Shown one piece after another: positions 43,941 to 53,969 of a stretch of 64,000 nt of DNA. Source of the stretch: an uncultured Chloroflexia bacterium (lineage in GTDB: Bacteria; Chloroflexota; Limnocylindria; Limnocylindrales; CSP1-4); contig CAWEZH010000003.1 in the NCBI GenBank assembly GCA_963813535.1, positions 832,001 through 896,000 of the forward strand. The letters are read 5' to 3'. The stretch's first letter is position 1, and every line of letters begins with the position of its first letter. The notes under the pieces were generated by a model, which was given only the letters and a program-made list of their open reading frames with translations, had not been told where the DNA came from and did not search any database. The position numbers and the translations under genes are program-made.

Positions 43941-45761
43941 ATGGACCACGAGCCCGTACTCATCTCGACCATCGCCATCGGCCTGACCGCCGCGTTCATC
44001 GGCGGCTTCGTCGCGCGCCGGTTGGGACTGCCCACGATCGTCGGCTACATCGCTGCCGGCGTGGTGATCGGACCATTCACGCCGGGGCTCGTTGCCGATC
44101 CCGCCATCGCGACCGAGCTCGCCGAGGTCGGCGTGATCCTGCTGATGTTCGGGGTGGGCATCCAGTTCTCGTTCCGGGAGCTGCTCGCGGTCCGCTGGAT
44201 CGCCATCCCGGGGGCGCTGATCCAGACCGTCGTCGCCACTGCCCTGGGCGTGTGGTTGGGGTCCGCGCTCGGATGGGGTATGGGCGGCGGTCTCGTCCTC
44301 GGCCTGGCGCTGTCGATCGCGAGCACGGTCGTGCTCCTGCGTGCGTTGGCCGACCGGAACGAGGAGGACACCACCCAGGGTCACATCGCGGTGGGCTGGT
44401 TGATCGTGGAGGACCTGCTGGCCGTGCTGGTCCTCGTCCTGCTACCGGCGCTGGCTCCCGCGCTCGGCGGCACGTCCGGTGCCGGCGGTGCTCCGCCCGA
44501 CCCGGCGGTCGAGGTCGCGCTGGCGCTCGGCAAGGCCGCCGTGTTCGCGATCCTCATGGCCGTCGCCGGGGCGCGGATCGTGCCGTGGCTGATGCTCGCG
44601 GTCGCGCGGCAAGGCTCGCGCGAGCTCTTCTCGCTCGCGGTGCTCGCCATCGCGCTGGGACTCGCCTACGTGTCCTCGAGCGTCTTCGGCGTGTCCTTCG
44701 CGCTGGGTGCGTTCCTGGCAGGTGCGGTCGTCGGCCAATCGGACATGAGCCACCAGGCCGCGGCCGATGCCCTGCCCCTGCGCGACGCCTTCGCCGTCCT
44801 CTTCTTCGTATCGGTGGGCATGCTGCTCGATCCCACCTACCTGCTGGCCAACCCGCTGGCCGTGCTGGCCGTACTTGCCCTCGTGATCGGCGCGAAGGCG
44901 ATCACGAAGTTCGTCATCGTCGCCGTAGCCGGCTATCCACCGCGTGTCGCCCTGACGGTGGGGGCGGGCTTGGCGCAGATCGGCGAGTTCTCCTTCATCG
45001 TCGGGACGATGGGCCGCAACCTCGGGCTGCTGCCCGAGGACGGCTATCAGCTGATCGTCGCCGGTGCCCTGCTGTCGATCACCATCAACCCGTTCCTGTT
45101 CCGGCTCATCCCACCCCTGGAGCACAGTCTCCGGGACACCCGCGTCATCAAGGCCCTCATGGAGCGGCGGGCCGGCGAGCTCGCCCGCCTGCCGTCCGAG
45201 GAACAGGAGGGCCTTCGGCAACACGCCATCATCTGCGGCTATGGCCGCGTCGGACGGCTCATCGGGCCGGCGCTGGAGCGACGGGGCTTCCGGTATGTGG
45301 TCATCACCCAGCAACGGGACGAGGTGGATCGCCTGCGCTCGCGGGGAGTCCCCGCGATCTACGGCGACGCGTCCAATCCCGACGTGCTGGAGATGGCCGC
45401 GATCCACACCGCGCGGCTGGTCGTGGTGGCGACCTCGGAGCCGAACGAGACGCGGCTCATCGTCGAACGCGTCCGGGAACGCAATGACAACGTCGACATC
45501 GTCGTCCGGACGCACAACGACTTCGAGGCGGCGCAACTCCGTTCACTCGGGGCCAAGGTCCAGGTAGTGCATGGCGAGCGCGAGCTGGCGGTGCAGATGG
45601 CGCGCTATGCGCTGCGCAGGTTCGGTGTCAGCGCGACAGAGGCGGAGGCGATCGCCCAGGGGCTGCGTGGCCGCTCCGTGGCCCCGGCCACGTCGCGTCC
45701 GGGCTATGCGTCAGGGCTCCTCGAGCGACTTCGGCAGCGGTTCAGCGGCCGACGAGCGTGA
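43941..45761 (+). CDS. CPA2 cation:proton antiporter with TrkA-N domain (YbaL/RosB-like)
   Basis: LAEVGVILLMFGVG, IVEDL, AQIGEFSF, GYGRVG, YGDA. Confidence 0.9.
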   Translation: MDHEPVLISTIAIGLTAAFIGGFVARRLGLPTIVGYIAAGVVIGPFTPGLVADPAIATELAEVGVILLMFGVGIQFSFRELLAVRWIAIPGALIQTVVATALGVWLGSALGWGMGGGLVLGLALSIASTVVLLRALADRNEEDTTQGHIAVGWLIVEDLLAVLVLVLLPALAPALGGTSGAGGAPPDPAVEVALALGKAAVFAILMAVAGARIVPWLMLAVARQGSRELFSLAVLAIALGLAYVSSSVFGVSFALGAFLAGAVVGQSDMSHQAAADALPLRDAFAVLFFVSVGMLLDPTYLLANPLAVLAVLALVIGAKAITKFVIVAVAGYPPRVALTVGAGLAQIGEFSFIVGTMGRNLGLLPEDGYQLIVAGALLSITINPFLFRLIPPLEHSLRDTRVIKALMERRAGELARLPSEEQEGLRQHAIICGYGRVGRLIGPALERRGFRYVVITQQRDEVDRLRSRGVPAIYGDASNPDVLEMAAIHTARLVVVATSEPNETRLIVERVRERNDNVDIVVRTHNDFEAAQLRSLGAKVQVVHGERELAVQMARYALRRFGVSATEAEAIAQGLRGRSVAPATSRPGYASGLLERLRQRFSGRRA

Positions 45762-47580
45762 TCCCGGTGATGCGCGCGTAGTTCGAGAACCACGTGTCGC
45801 GGTGGATCAGCTTGCCTGACCGATCGCGGACCGATCGCGTGACCGAGACCTGGAACCCGGCGACGGGGTACTCGATCCGCTTGGCGGACCCGCTCGGCAG
45901 GCTCGAGGTGTACTCGATCGTGTCGGTCGCACTCCGGAAGTTGCGTTTCGGACCCGTGGCGAACTTGACCGAGCGACCGTTCGGGACGCTGAAGATCTCG
46001 AACTTGACGTAGCCGGCGCCGCCCTTCCGGTAGCCCAGGCCACGGATGAGCAGCGGGTAGTTCGTGTCATTGGTGAACGACATCGTCTGTTTCGAGCCCG
46101 AGGCGCTGATGAAGACCGTGGCGTCGAGCCCGACCGGGTAGCGGTCGATGTAGTAGTAGTGGTTGCGCCGGGCGCCCATCTCGTACCCCGCCCGGGCGGC
46201 AGCGTTGAACAGCGTCGTCGAGCAGGAGCAGATCCCGCCGGCGAGCGCGCCCTGCGGCTCCGTGCGGCCGTTGATGATGGCACCACCCGACCGATAGCCC
46301 TTGGCGCGGTTGACCGTGCCGACCGCATTCCAGAAGTCGAACGTGGCACCCGGAGCGACGACGTAGCCGTTGATCAGGCGAGCGGGGATCCAGATATTGG
46401 CGCCGAAGCCATTCTTCTCGCTGATCGGGAAGAAGGTCGTCCACTCGGAGATCTTGCGCATCTTCGAGCGCGCCTTCGCCGCCTCGGCGGTGGTGAGGGC
46501 CGGCTGGAGGACCTTGAGCGTCGGGGCGAGTGCGGTCGTCGCCGCGCCACCGGCGCGCGCCTGCAGCAGGTCCTCGACCTGCTTGTGGGTGGCAGCCAGA
46601 TCGAGCTTGTAACCCGTCCGGCTTTCGGTCACGCCGGTGATGCGCGCCCCGCTGGTGGTGTACGACGCATTCACCGGCGAGCGGTTCACCTTCTTGGCGA
46701 TGCTCTTGAGGACGGTGTCCAGGGCCTTCGTGTCGACGTCGACCCCGTAGCCGCCGTCGGCGGTCGGCGCGAAGCTCAGCCACGTGCGAAGGCGAGACGC
46801 GCCGATGAGCTGCTCGTTGCCCTTGATCGAGAGCTTGATCGGCGAGGCGATACGGTCGGCGTCGGTCTTGGCGGTGGTCGCCTCGTCGGTGGAGACGGCC
46901 GGCTCGATGACCTCGACCGGGAGGTCATAGGTCAAGTCGGTCGGCGCCGTGAGCTCGCCCAGATCGCCGAGGGCCGCCTCGATCGACGTGGCGGGATCGG
47001 GGACGCGTCCCTCGATGGCCGGCACGACCGAGAACGTCCGGCCCACGAGCGACACCCATGCATTCTTCGGCTCGCGCGCGATCGAATCGGAGAAGCCGAG
47101 GACGCGCTCGGCCAGCAGGTCGGCGTCGAACGTCACCTTCGGCGACAGCGACACGCCGCGGAGCGCCGTCTGGGCGTCGGCGACGACCCGTTCGACCGGG
47201 TTGCCTTCGCGACCGACCGAGAGTGCCTCGGCGACCATCGCCTCGACGTCCGGCCCGCGCCCGATCTCCTCGAACGTCACGGTCGTCTGCTTGCCCTGGC
47301 TGCGGAAGGTGACGGAGCCGTCGCCGAGGTAGCCGTACACCTGGCGGATGGCGGCACCGGCCGCCACGGCGTCAAGGCCGGATAGGTTCAGCGAACCGAC
47401 CGACACACCCGGCAGGACTCGCCCGACGTACTGCTGGTCGTAGGCGTAGAGGGCACCGGACCCGATCGCCATCGATGCGAGCAGCCCGACGAGGAACGCG
47501 ACGCCGAACCGGAGACGCGTCGAGGGACGCGGCGTGTCGGGCGCCGGGATCAGGACCGTATCGGGCGTGGTCGTGGTCAT
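45742..47580 (-). CDS. VanW family protein with putative peptidoglycan-binding domains (YoaR-like)
   Basis: N-terminal TM, VVAPG.TFDF, GGICSCSTTLFNAA, RRNH, GLDATV, FTNDT. Confidence 0.85.
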   Translation of the reverse strand: MTTTTPDTVLIPAPDTPRPSTRLRFGVAFLVGLLASMAIGSGALYAYDQQYVGRVLPGVSVGSLNLSGLDAVAAGAAIRQVYGYLGDGSVTFRSQGKQTTVTFEEIGRGPDVEAMVAEALSVGREGNPVERVVADAQTALRGVSLSPKVTFDADLLAERVLGFSDSIAREPKNAWVSLVGRTFSVVPAIEGRVPDPATSIEAALGDLGELTAPTDLTYDLPVEVIEPAVSTDEATTAKTDADRIASPIKLSIKGNEQLIGASRLRTWLSFAPTADGGYGVDVDTKALDTVLKSIAKKVNRSPVNASYTTSGARITGVTESRTGYKLDLAATHKQVEDLLQARAGGAATTALAPTLKVLQPALTTAEAAKARSKMRKISEWTTFFPISEKNGFGANIWIPARLINGYVVAPGATFDFWNAVGTVNRAKGYRSGGAIINGRTEPQGALAGGICSCSTTLFNAAARAGYEMGARRNHYYYIDRYPVGLDATVFISASGSKQTMSFTNDTNYPLLIRGLGYRKGGAGYVKFEIFSVPNGRSVKFATGPKRNFRSATDTIEYTSSLPSGSAKRIEYPVAGFQVSVTRSVRDRSGKLIHRDTWFSNYARITGITLVGR

Positions 47581-47718
47581 GGAGGCGCCATCCTAGCAGC
47601 CGAACGCAATCGCTCCGCGTGGTCCGAAGCGCTCTGAAGACGCCCGATCATGGTCAAAGGTGACGCTCCGCGCTGGTGGTTGCGGTGCGGCGATCCGCCG
47701 CGACCGGATCGTGTGGCG

Positions 47719-48726
47719 TCAGCCGCCGCGGGGCACGAGCACGACGCGCCGGTTCGGCTCCTCACCGATCGACTGCGTCGCGACACCCGTGTGGTCGCGC
47801 AGGGTGAGGTGGATCCAGCGACGCTCGAGCGCCGGCATCGGCTCAAGCTGGAGCATCTTGCCGGTCTCCATGACACGCGCCGCGGCGCGGTCGGCGAGCT
47901 CGCGGAGCTGGCGCTCGCGCCGTCCGCGGTAATCCTCGACGTCCACCAGGACGCGTGTCCACGAGCCCATCTCCTTCGACAGCATCAGGTTCACGAGATG
48001 CTGGAGTGCAGACAGACGCTCGCCCTTGCGCCCGATGAGTGCGCCGAGCGAGTCGCGATCGTCGCCCTGGGCGACGACGTTGAGCCGACTCGTCTCCCCG
48101 GCGGCGACCTCGACGGTCGCTGCGAACCCGAGATGGCCCATCAGGGTCTCGAGGATCCGCTGCCCCGCGGCGAGCGCCTCGGGCGAGGCCTCTGCGGCCT
48201 CGAGATCGGCTCGTTCGGATGCCAGCGAGCCTCTGGCTGCGGCGACCTCCGCCGCCTCCGACGCGGATACGTCGCTGCCACCGCGGCTCGGGCGGGCTCC
48301 GCGGTCGTCGCGGCTGGGAGCGCGATCGTCACGCGGTCGATCGTCACGACCCGGGGCGACGTCGGCGGTCTCTCGAGGTCGGTCGTCGCGCCGGGGTGGG
48401 CGGTCGGGCCGGTCGCGTCGCGGTCCGCGGTCGTCGCGTGGACGGTCGTCCCGCCGGGGTGGGCGCTCTCGATCGTCGTACTCACGAGGCGGCGCGGGCG
48501 GCAGCGGCTGGGCTGCCGCGGCGTCACGCTTCGGCGCGGCGCCACCGAGGGCCGTGCGTGGCGCGGCCACGATCCTGGCGGGCTCCGCGCCCATGCCCAG
48601 CACGCCCCGGCTACCCGGGGTGAGGATCTCGAAGTCGAGGTCGTTGAGCTCGGCTCCGAACTCATCGCGGGCCGTCTTGAGGGCCTCCTCGACGGTCTTG
48701 CCGGTGAACTCCTTGTACGCACTCAT
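47719..48726 (-). CDS. jag: RNA-binding protein Jag/EloR/KhpB (Jag_N, KH, R3H)
   Basis: FTGKTVEEAL, LIGRKGERLSALQ, ERRWIH, SIGEEPNRRV. Confidence 0.93.
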   Translation of the reverse strand: MSAYKEFTGKTVEEALKTARDEFGAELNDLDFEILTPGSRGVLGMGAEPARIVAAPRTALGGAAPKRDAAAAQPLPPAPPREYDDRERPPRRDDRPRDDRGPRRDRPDRPPRRDDRPRETADVAPGRDDRPRDDRAPSRDDRGARPSRGGSDVSASEAAEVAAARGSLASERADLEAAEASPEALAAGQRILETLMGHLGFAATVEVAAGETSRLNVVAQGDDRDSLGALIGRKGERLSALQHLVNLMLSKEMGSWTRVLVDVEDYRGRRERQLRELADRAAARVMETGKMLQLEPMPALERRWIHLTLRDHTGVATQSIGEEPNRRVVLVPRGG

Positions 48727-48728
48727 GG

Positions 48729-49895
48729 TCAGCGTCGTCTCCCTCGTCGGCCCTGGCGTCCGCGTTCGCGTCGGCGGATCGTCTTTTCGGCCGTGGTCTT
48801 CTTGTCAGCGTCGGTCAGGATGGCCGCTCGCTTGCTCGGGTCAGGGGGTGGTGGCATGGCCACCGGGAAGCGCGGGGTGTGGTCAGCCGCGAACGCAGGA
48901 GTACGGCCGAAGAGCGGGAACATGGAGCCCCAGCCCACGATGAGGTACTGCTGCGCGATCGAGAAGATCGTCGCCACGATCCAGTAGATGAACAGGCCCG
49001 CCGGCAGGAAGCCGCCGTACACGACCGAGATGAGCGGCAGGAACAGCATCATCTGGCGCTGGATGCGGGTGTTCGGGTCGTCGTTGGTCGGGTCGGCCGC
49101 CGGCAGCATCATCCGCGACTGCACGAGCTGCAGGAGCGCGGACACGATGGCGAGGATGCTGATGCCGAACCCGGCGACCGCGAAGATCGTCGATGGCTTG
49201 CTCACATCGATCGACGTACCGAAGAACGGGATGACCGTCTCGATGCACGGACCGAGCGCCGCGCTCGGCATGCCCGTGGCCGGGTCGATGTTCGTACAGG
49301 TCAGGGGAACGACCTGGACGCCGCCGATCGTGAGCATGGCGGTCGGGTCGACGTTGGTCAGCCCGTTCTGGATGACCGAATACATGATGAACAGCAGCGG
49401 GAGCTGGAGCAGCAGCGGAAGGCACCCGGCCAGGACATTGACGCCCCGTTCCCGCATGAGCTCCTGTTGGGCGAGGCGGGCCTTCATGGCGTCGCCCTTG
49501 AACCGCTTCTGGATCTCGCGCAGCTCCGGCTGGAGGAGCTGCATCCGCCGCTGCGAGACCAGTTGCTTGCGGTACAGCGGGATGAGCACCGCCCGGACGA
49601 CGAGCGTCAGCGCGACGATCGCCCAGGCGATCGCGCCCGGGAATCCCAGGTTGTAGAGGAATTCGTAGACCGCGACCATGACGATGAACATCGCCTGGAA
49701 GATCGGCGTGAACAGCCAGGCGAGGAGGCTGACCGGATCGGCACCGGGCGTGGCTGGGGCCAGGGGCGGCGCGGGTGGGGTCGGCGATGCGCCCGGTCCT
49801 CCCGGGACGCCGGGAACGCACGCGACGACGAGCGGGATGATCACGGCGATCGCGAGCGCCGGCAGCATCCGGCGCACGGCGGGGGACAGGGTCAC
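48729..49895 (-). CDS. yidC: Membrane protein insertase YidC (lipoprotein-type N-terminus)
   Basis: LQPEL, GCLPLLLQLP, PAGLFIYW; LVVAC lipobox. Confidence 0.93.
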   Translation of the reverse strand: MTLSPAVRRMLPALAIAVIIPLVVACVPGVPGGPGASPTPPAPPLAPATPGADPVSLLAWLFTPIFQAMFIVMVAVYEFLYNLGFPGAIAWAIVALTLVVRAVLIPLYRKQLVSQRRMQLLQPELREIQKRFKGDAMKARLAQQELMRERGVNVLAGCLPLLLQLPLLFIMYSVIQNGLTNVDPTAMLTIGGVQVVPLTCTNIDPATGMPSAALGPCIETVIPFFGTSIDVSKPSTIFAVAGFGISILAIVSALLQLVQSRMMLPAADPTNDDPNTRIQRQMMLFLPLISVVYGGFLPAGLFIYWIVATIFSIAQQYLIVGWGSMFPLFGRTPAFAADHTPRFPVAMPPPPDPSKRAAILTDADKKTTAEKTIRRRERGRQGRRGRRR

Positions 49896-49910
49896 GGGCG
49901 GGCGGCCTCG

Positions 49911-50117
49911 CTAGCGGACCGGGTCATACCCACCCGGGTTCCATGGATGACATCGGGCGATCCTCTTGGCCCCCATCCAGCTCCCCTTCAACAAGCCGTA
50001 CTTCATGATGGCCTGCTCCGTGTAGTGCGAGCACGTCGGCTCGAACCGGCACGACGGCGGGAGCCACGCGAAGACGATCCGGTAGAGCTTGATGGCCCCG
50101 ATCCCGATCTGCTTCAT
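49911..50117 (-). CDS. yidD: Membrane protein insertion efficiency factor
   Basis: [22 protein letters not shown]. Confidence 0.95.
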   Translation of the reverse strand: MKQIGIGAIKLYRIVFAWLPPSCRFEPTCSHYTEQAIMKYGLLKGSWMGAKRIARCHPWNPGGYDPVR

Positions 50118-50446
50118 CGCGCGATCCCTCCGAGCACGCCGCCCCGGACGAGCGTCCGCTGCAACGCTCCGACCAGCGCGTCATGGTCGGCGCCGACGAT
50201 CGCAGGCCGGGCGATGATGAGGACGTCCCAGCCGGGCTGGAACGAGGGCGCCATCACCCTGAGCGCCTCTCGGAGTCGTCGGCGGACCCGGTTCCGGACC
50301 ACCGCACTACCCAGCCGGCGTCCGGTCGAGATCCCGAAGCGGGTCGTCGTGAGATCGGTCCGAAGGAACCGGGCGGAGAGCAGGGCGTGGGACCGTGTCG
50401 TTCCCTTCTCCTGGATCGCCGCGAAGTCCTTCGGTCTGGAGAGCAT
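50114..50446 (-). CDS. rnpA: Ribonuclease P protein component
   Basis: [21 protein letters not shown] motif; start uncertain. Confidence 0.92.
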   Translation of the reverse strand: MLSRPKDFAAIQEKGTTRSHALLSARFLRTDLTTTRFGISTGRRLGSAVVRNRVRRRLREALRVMAPSFQPGWDVLIIARPAIVGADHDALVGALQRTLVRGGVLGGIAR

Positions 50447-50481
50447 CACGAGTCGCGGCGACGGAATGCCGCGATCGCCTG

Positions 50482-50616
50482 TCAGGCCGTCAGTCGCTTC
50501 CGACCCCGAGCTCGCCGCGCAGCCAGGATCCGGCGGCCCGCCGTGGTCTTCATGCGGGCACGAAAGCCGTGTTCCTTGGCACGATGGCGCTTCTTGGGCT
50601 GGTAGGTCTGCTTCAT
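50482..50616 (-). CDS. rpmH: 50S ribosomal protein L34
   Basis: Manual translation [44 protein letters not shown]. Confidence 0.97.
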   Translation of the reverse strand: MKQTYQPKKRHRAKEHGFRARMKTTAGRRILAARRARGRKRLTA

Positions 50617-50733
50617 CCGGGCGGTCCTGCGATCCTCTCGATCCGACCTCGGGGACGGTCGCTCCGACTTCCCCTAGAGGCACGCAAACGCGCCGGTGCC
50701 ACACAGGACACATGGCGCGTCGTCGTCCGGCGG

Positions 50734-50763
50734 ATGATAGGTCGGCCCCAGATCGGGTGTCAA
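50734..50763 (-). promoter_or_regulatory. Putative rpmH operon promoter
   Basis: TTGACA-N18-TATCAT on the minus strand. Confidence 0.65.
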
Positions 50764-50880
50764 ACGCCTCCGTGGGGTGATGACGGGGCGTCCGGGCGAG
50801 TCCGGGAGCTCGTCGGGCCGATCCGGACGAGTCGTCGACGGCTTCGCACGTATACCCCTAGGGAGTATGCGCGAATCGCC

Positions 50881-50910
50881 TTGCGACTCCGTCTTGGCCG
50901 GTGCTATCCT
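50881..50910 (+). promoter_or_regulatory. Putative dnaA promoter
   Basis: TTGCGA-N18-TATCCT with extended -10 TG. Confidence 0.5.
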
Positions 50911-51102
50911 CTCCGGGCCCTCGGCGCCGGAGACGTTCGCGGGAGACGCCAGCAGGCCTCGTGGAGGGGCGCAGGCAGCGGTCGTCCGGCCTCGTCGGAT
51001 GGATGTCGATCGGACGTCCCACCGCCCGCGCGCCACGACCGAGACCCCTGGCCGCCGCTCATCATCAATGCCGTCAACCCCGAAGCAGGTCCTATCGAAC
51101 GA

Positions 51103-52500
51103 ATGGACGCCAAGCAGGTCTGGCGAGCTGCCCTGGGTGAACTCCAGGTCTCGCTGTCGCCCGCGAACTACGAGACGTGGCTGCGCGACACCCAGCTCGT
51201 CGACGTCGACGAACAGCGCTTCCGGATCGCCGTCCCGAACGGCTTCGCGAAGGATTGGCTGGAGACCCGCTACCGCTCCCTGATCAGCCAGACGCTCGCC
51301 CGGATCGTGGGGTACAGCGTCCAGGTCGAATTCGTCGTCGGCCCCGCGCCGACCGATGGCACGCCTCCCGTCGCCGCCGACACCACCGACGACGCACCAC
51401 CCGCCGCTACGCCGTCGCGACTCAACGGCCAGGAGGTTCGCGTCGAGGCCACGAGGATCGGGGGCGAGGGCGGTGCCACCAACCTCAACCCGCGCTACAC
51501 GTTCGCGAACTTCATCGTCGGGTCGGCCAATCGCCTCGGCCATGCGGCGAGCCTGTCGGTCGCGGAACGTCCGGGCCACGCCTACAACCCGCTGTTCCTG
51601 TACGGCGGCGTCGGCCTCGGCAAGACCCACCTGATGCACGCCATCGGCAACCAGGTCATCGCGCGCTTCCCACGCAAGCGGGTGGTCTACGCGACCTCCG
51701 AGAAGTTCACGAACGAGTTCATCACGAGCATCCAGCAGGGCAAGATCGACGAATTCCGATCGCGCTACCGACGGATCGACCTCCTCCTGATCGACGACAT
51801 CCAGTTCATCGCCGACAAGGAGCGGACGCAGGAGGAGTTCTTCCACACGTTCAATGCCATCCACGAGGACGGCAAACAGATCGTCCTCTCGAGCGACCGA
51901 CCGCCCAAGGCGATCCTGACGCTCGAGGAGCGTCTCCGGTCGCGGTTCGAGTGGGGACTCATCGCCGATCTCACGGCGCCGGACCTCGAGACCCGCATCG
52001 CGATCCTCCGTGCCAAGGCCGAGGAGGGGGCGGTCCCGATCACCTCCGATGTGGTCGAATTCATCGCCCGCAAGGTGGTGTCCAACGTGCGCGAGCTCGA
52101 GGGCGCGCTGAACCGCATCGTGGCCTTCGCCAGCATGGGTGCGACCCCGATCAGCATCGAGCTCGCCCAGGCCGTGCTCTCGAACGTGCTGTACAACCCG
52201 AAGAAGCGCCAGGTCACGCCCGAGCGCATCGCCAAGGCCGTGTCCGACTACTACAGCGTGCCGATGGAGGCGCTGCAGGGCCAGAAGCGCGACAAGGCGA
52301 TCGTCATGCCCCGCCAGATCGCCATGTTCCTGATGCGCGAGGAGACGGACGTCTCGTTGCTGCGCATCGGCGCCGAGCTCGGCAACCGCGACCACTCCAC
52401 GGTCCTCCACGCCTGCGACAAGATCACGCGCGAGATCGCCAACAACGACGAGCTCCGCCGCGAGATCGCCGCGGTCCGCGAGCTGATCTACGCCGAGTAG
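51103..52500 (+). CDS. dnaA: Chromosomal replication initiator DnaA
   Basis: YNPLFLYGGVGLGKTHL, IDDIQF, RDHSTV; ATG 51103. Confidence 0.98.
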   Translation: MDAKQVWRAALGELQVSLSPANYETWLRDTQLVDVDEQRFRIAVPNGFAKDWLETRYRSLISQTLARIVGYSVQVEFVVGPAPTDGTPPVAADTTDDAPPAATPSRLNGQEVRVEATRIGGEGGATNLNPRYTFANFIVGSANRLGHAASLSVAERPGHAYNPLFLYGGVGLGKTHLMHAIGNQVIARFPRKRVVYATSEKFTNEFITSIQQGKIDEFRSRYRRIDLLLIDDIQFIADKERTQEEFFHTFNAIHEDGKQIVLSSDRPPKAILTLEERLRSRFEWGLIADLTAPDLETRIAILRAKAEEGAVPITSDVVEFIARKVVSNVRELEGALNRIVAFASMGATPISIELAQAVLSNVLYNPKKRQVTPERIAKAVSDYYSVPMEALQGQKRDKAIVMPRQIAMFLMREETDVSLLRIGAELGNRDHSTVLHACDKITREIANNDELRREIAAVRELIYAE

Positions 52501-52849
52501 CCGCTCACCCCGCACAGGGCGGCCGGGACGGCGTCAGCCTCTGGCACCCCATCACGGGACGGACCGGCTGATAAGTGCCCGACCGACGTGGACACCGTGG
52601 CCCACGGGACGCCCCGGTGAGTCGATGGACGTCGGCTATCCCCAGTCCATCGACGGTCGCCTCCGCCGTCAGGGCATCGTTGTCCACGTTGCGACCACCT
52701 TCGTCAACGTCGAGAGGATGCACGCTGACGCAGCGCCGTCCACGCGGTCCACAGCGTTATTACTGTGATGACGGAGGTAGTAGAAAGAGGGAAGATACCC
52801 ACCACATCCCCGGCGGTCCCGCCCGACTTCGAAACGGAGTGATGCCCAC
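52501..52849. other. oriC: Probable oriC (dnaA-dnaN intergenic)
   Basis: Cluster of degenerate boxes (TTGTCCACG, CTATCCCCA, CCGTCCACG-CGGTCCACA) followed by trio-like TATTACTGTGATGAC. Confidence 0.75.
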
Positions 52850-53968
52850 GTGAAACTCTCGGTCATGCAGGAGAACCTGGCGCGTGGGCTATCCATCGTC
52901 AGCCGGGCCGTGTCGAGCCGGAGCACCCTGCCGGTCCTCGCCAATGTCCTGCTCAAGACCGAGGACGCCGGTCTGAAGCTGACGGCCACCAACCTCGAGA
53001 TCGGCATCACCTACTGGGTCCCGGGCAAGGTCGACGAGGACGGTGCGACCACCGTGCCGGCCAGGCTCCTGACGGATCTCGTCAACTCGCTGCCGGCCGG
53101 CGACAAGGTGGAGCTGGAGGTGACCGCCGGCGACACCCTGCACGTCAAGGCGGGTCGCTTCCAGACGCACATCAAGGGCATCAGCGACGAGGAGTTCCCG
53201 GCGATCCAGACCGCCGGCGACCGACCCACGACACGGATCGCCCAGAACGTGCTTCGCCGGGCCCTGGCCGAGACGGCGTTCGCCGCGGCAAGCGACGAGG
53301 CCCGTCCCATCCTGACCGGTGTCCTCGCACGATTCGAGGGAGACCAGCTCACGCTCGCGGCGGCCGACAACTACCGGATCGCCGTCAAGACCGTGCCGAT
53401 CCTCGACCCGGTCCCGGAGACGAGCGTGGTCATCCCGGCCCGGGCGCTCAATGAGCTCGCCCGCGTGCTCGCGGATATCGACGACCCCGTCGACGTCGTC
53501 CTGGCGGGTGCCCGCAACCAGGTGCTGTTCCACCTCGACGGTATCGATCTGGTCAGCCGGCTGATCGATGGTCAGTTCCCGAACTACCAGCAGGTCATGC
53601 CCCAGGCGCATGCGACGCGCGCGGTGCTCGATCGTGAGGAGCTCCTCCGGGCGGTCCGACCCGCAGCCCTGATCGCGCATGAGTCGGCCAACATCGTGAA
53701 GCTCCAGATCGGCGGGGACGGCGATCCCGGGGTGACCGTCAGCGCCAACGCCGAGGTCGGCGACCATGTCGGCCAGGTCGAGGCGGCGGTCGAGGGCGAC
53801 GGCACGACGATCGCGTTCAACGCCAGGTACCTCGCCGATGTCCTGACAAATGTCTCGGCCGAGCAGTTCGCTCTCGAGCTGAACGGCCCACTGTCCCCCG
53901 GCGTATTCAAGCCGGTCGGCGACGACCGCTACGTGCACGTCGTGATGCCGGTCCGGACGACGTCCTAG
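52850..53968 (+). CDS. dnaN: DNA polymerase III beta clamp
   Basis: STLPVLANV, ATNLE, RPILTGV, SRLIDGQFPNY, VVMPV. Confidence 0.97.
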   Translation: MKLSVMQENLARGLSIVSRAVSSRSTLPVLANVLLKTEDAGLKLTATNLEIGITYWVPGKVDEDGATTVPARLLTDLVNSLPAGDKVELEVTAGDTLHVKAGRFQTHIKGISDEEFPAIQTAGDRPTTRIAQNVLRRALAETAFAAASDEARPILTGVLARFEGDQLTLAAADNYRIAVKTVPILDPVPETSVVIPARALNELARVLADIDDPVDVVLAGARNQVLFHLDGIDLVSRLIDGQFPNYQQVMPQAHATRAVLDREELLRAVRPAALIAHESANIVKLQIGGDGDPGVTVSANAEVGDHVGQVEAAVEGDGTTIAFNARYLADVLTNVSAEQFALELNGPLSPGVFKPVGDDRYVHVVMPVRTTS

Positions 53969-53969
53969 C

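Noticed and set aside
41329-45761. Genomic island integrated at the tmRNA 3' end
   Set aside because: No integrase, no duplicated ssrA 3' end seen, and composition looks like the rest of the window
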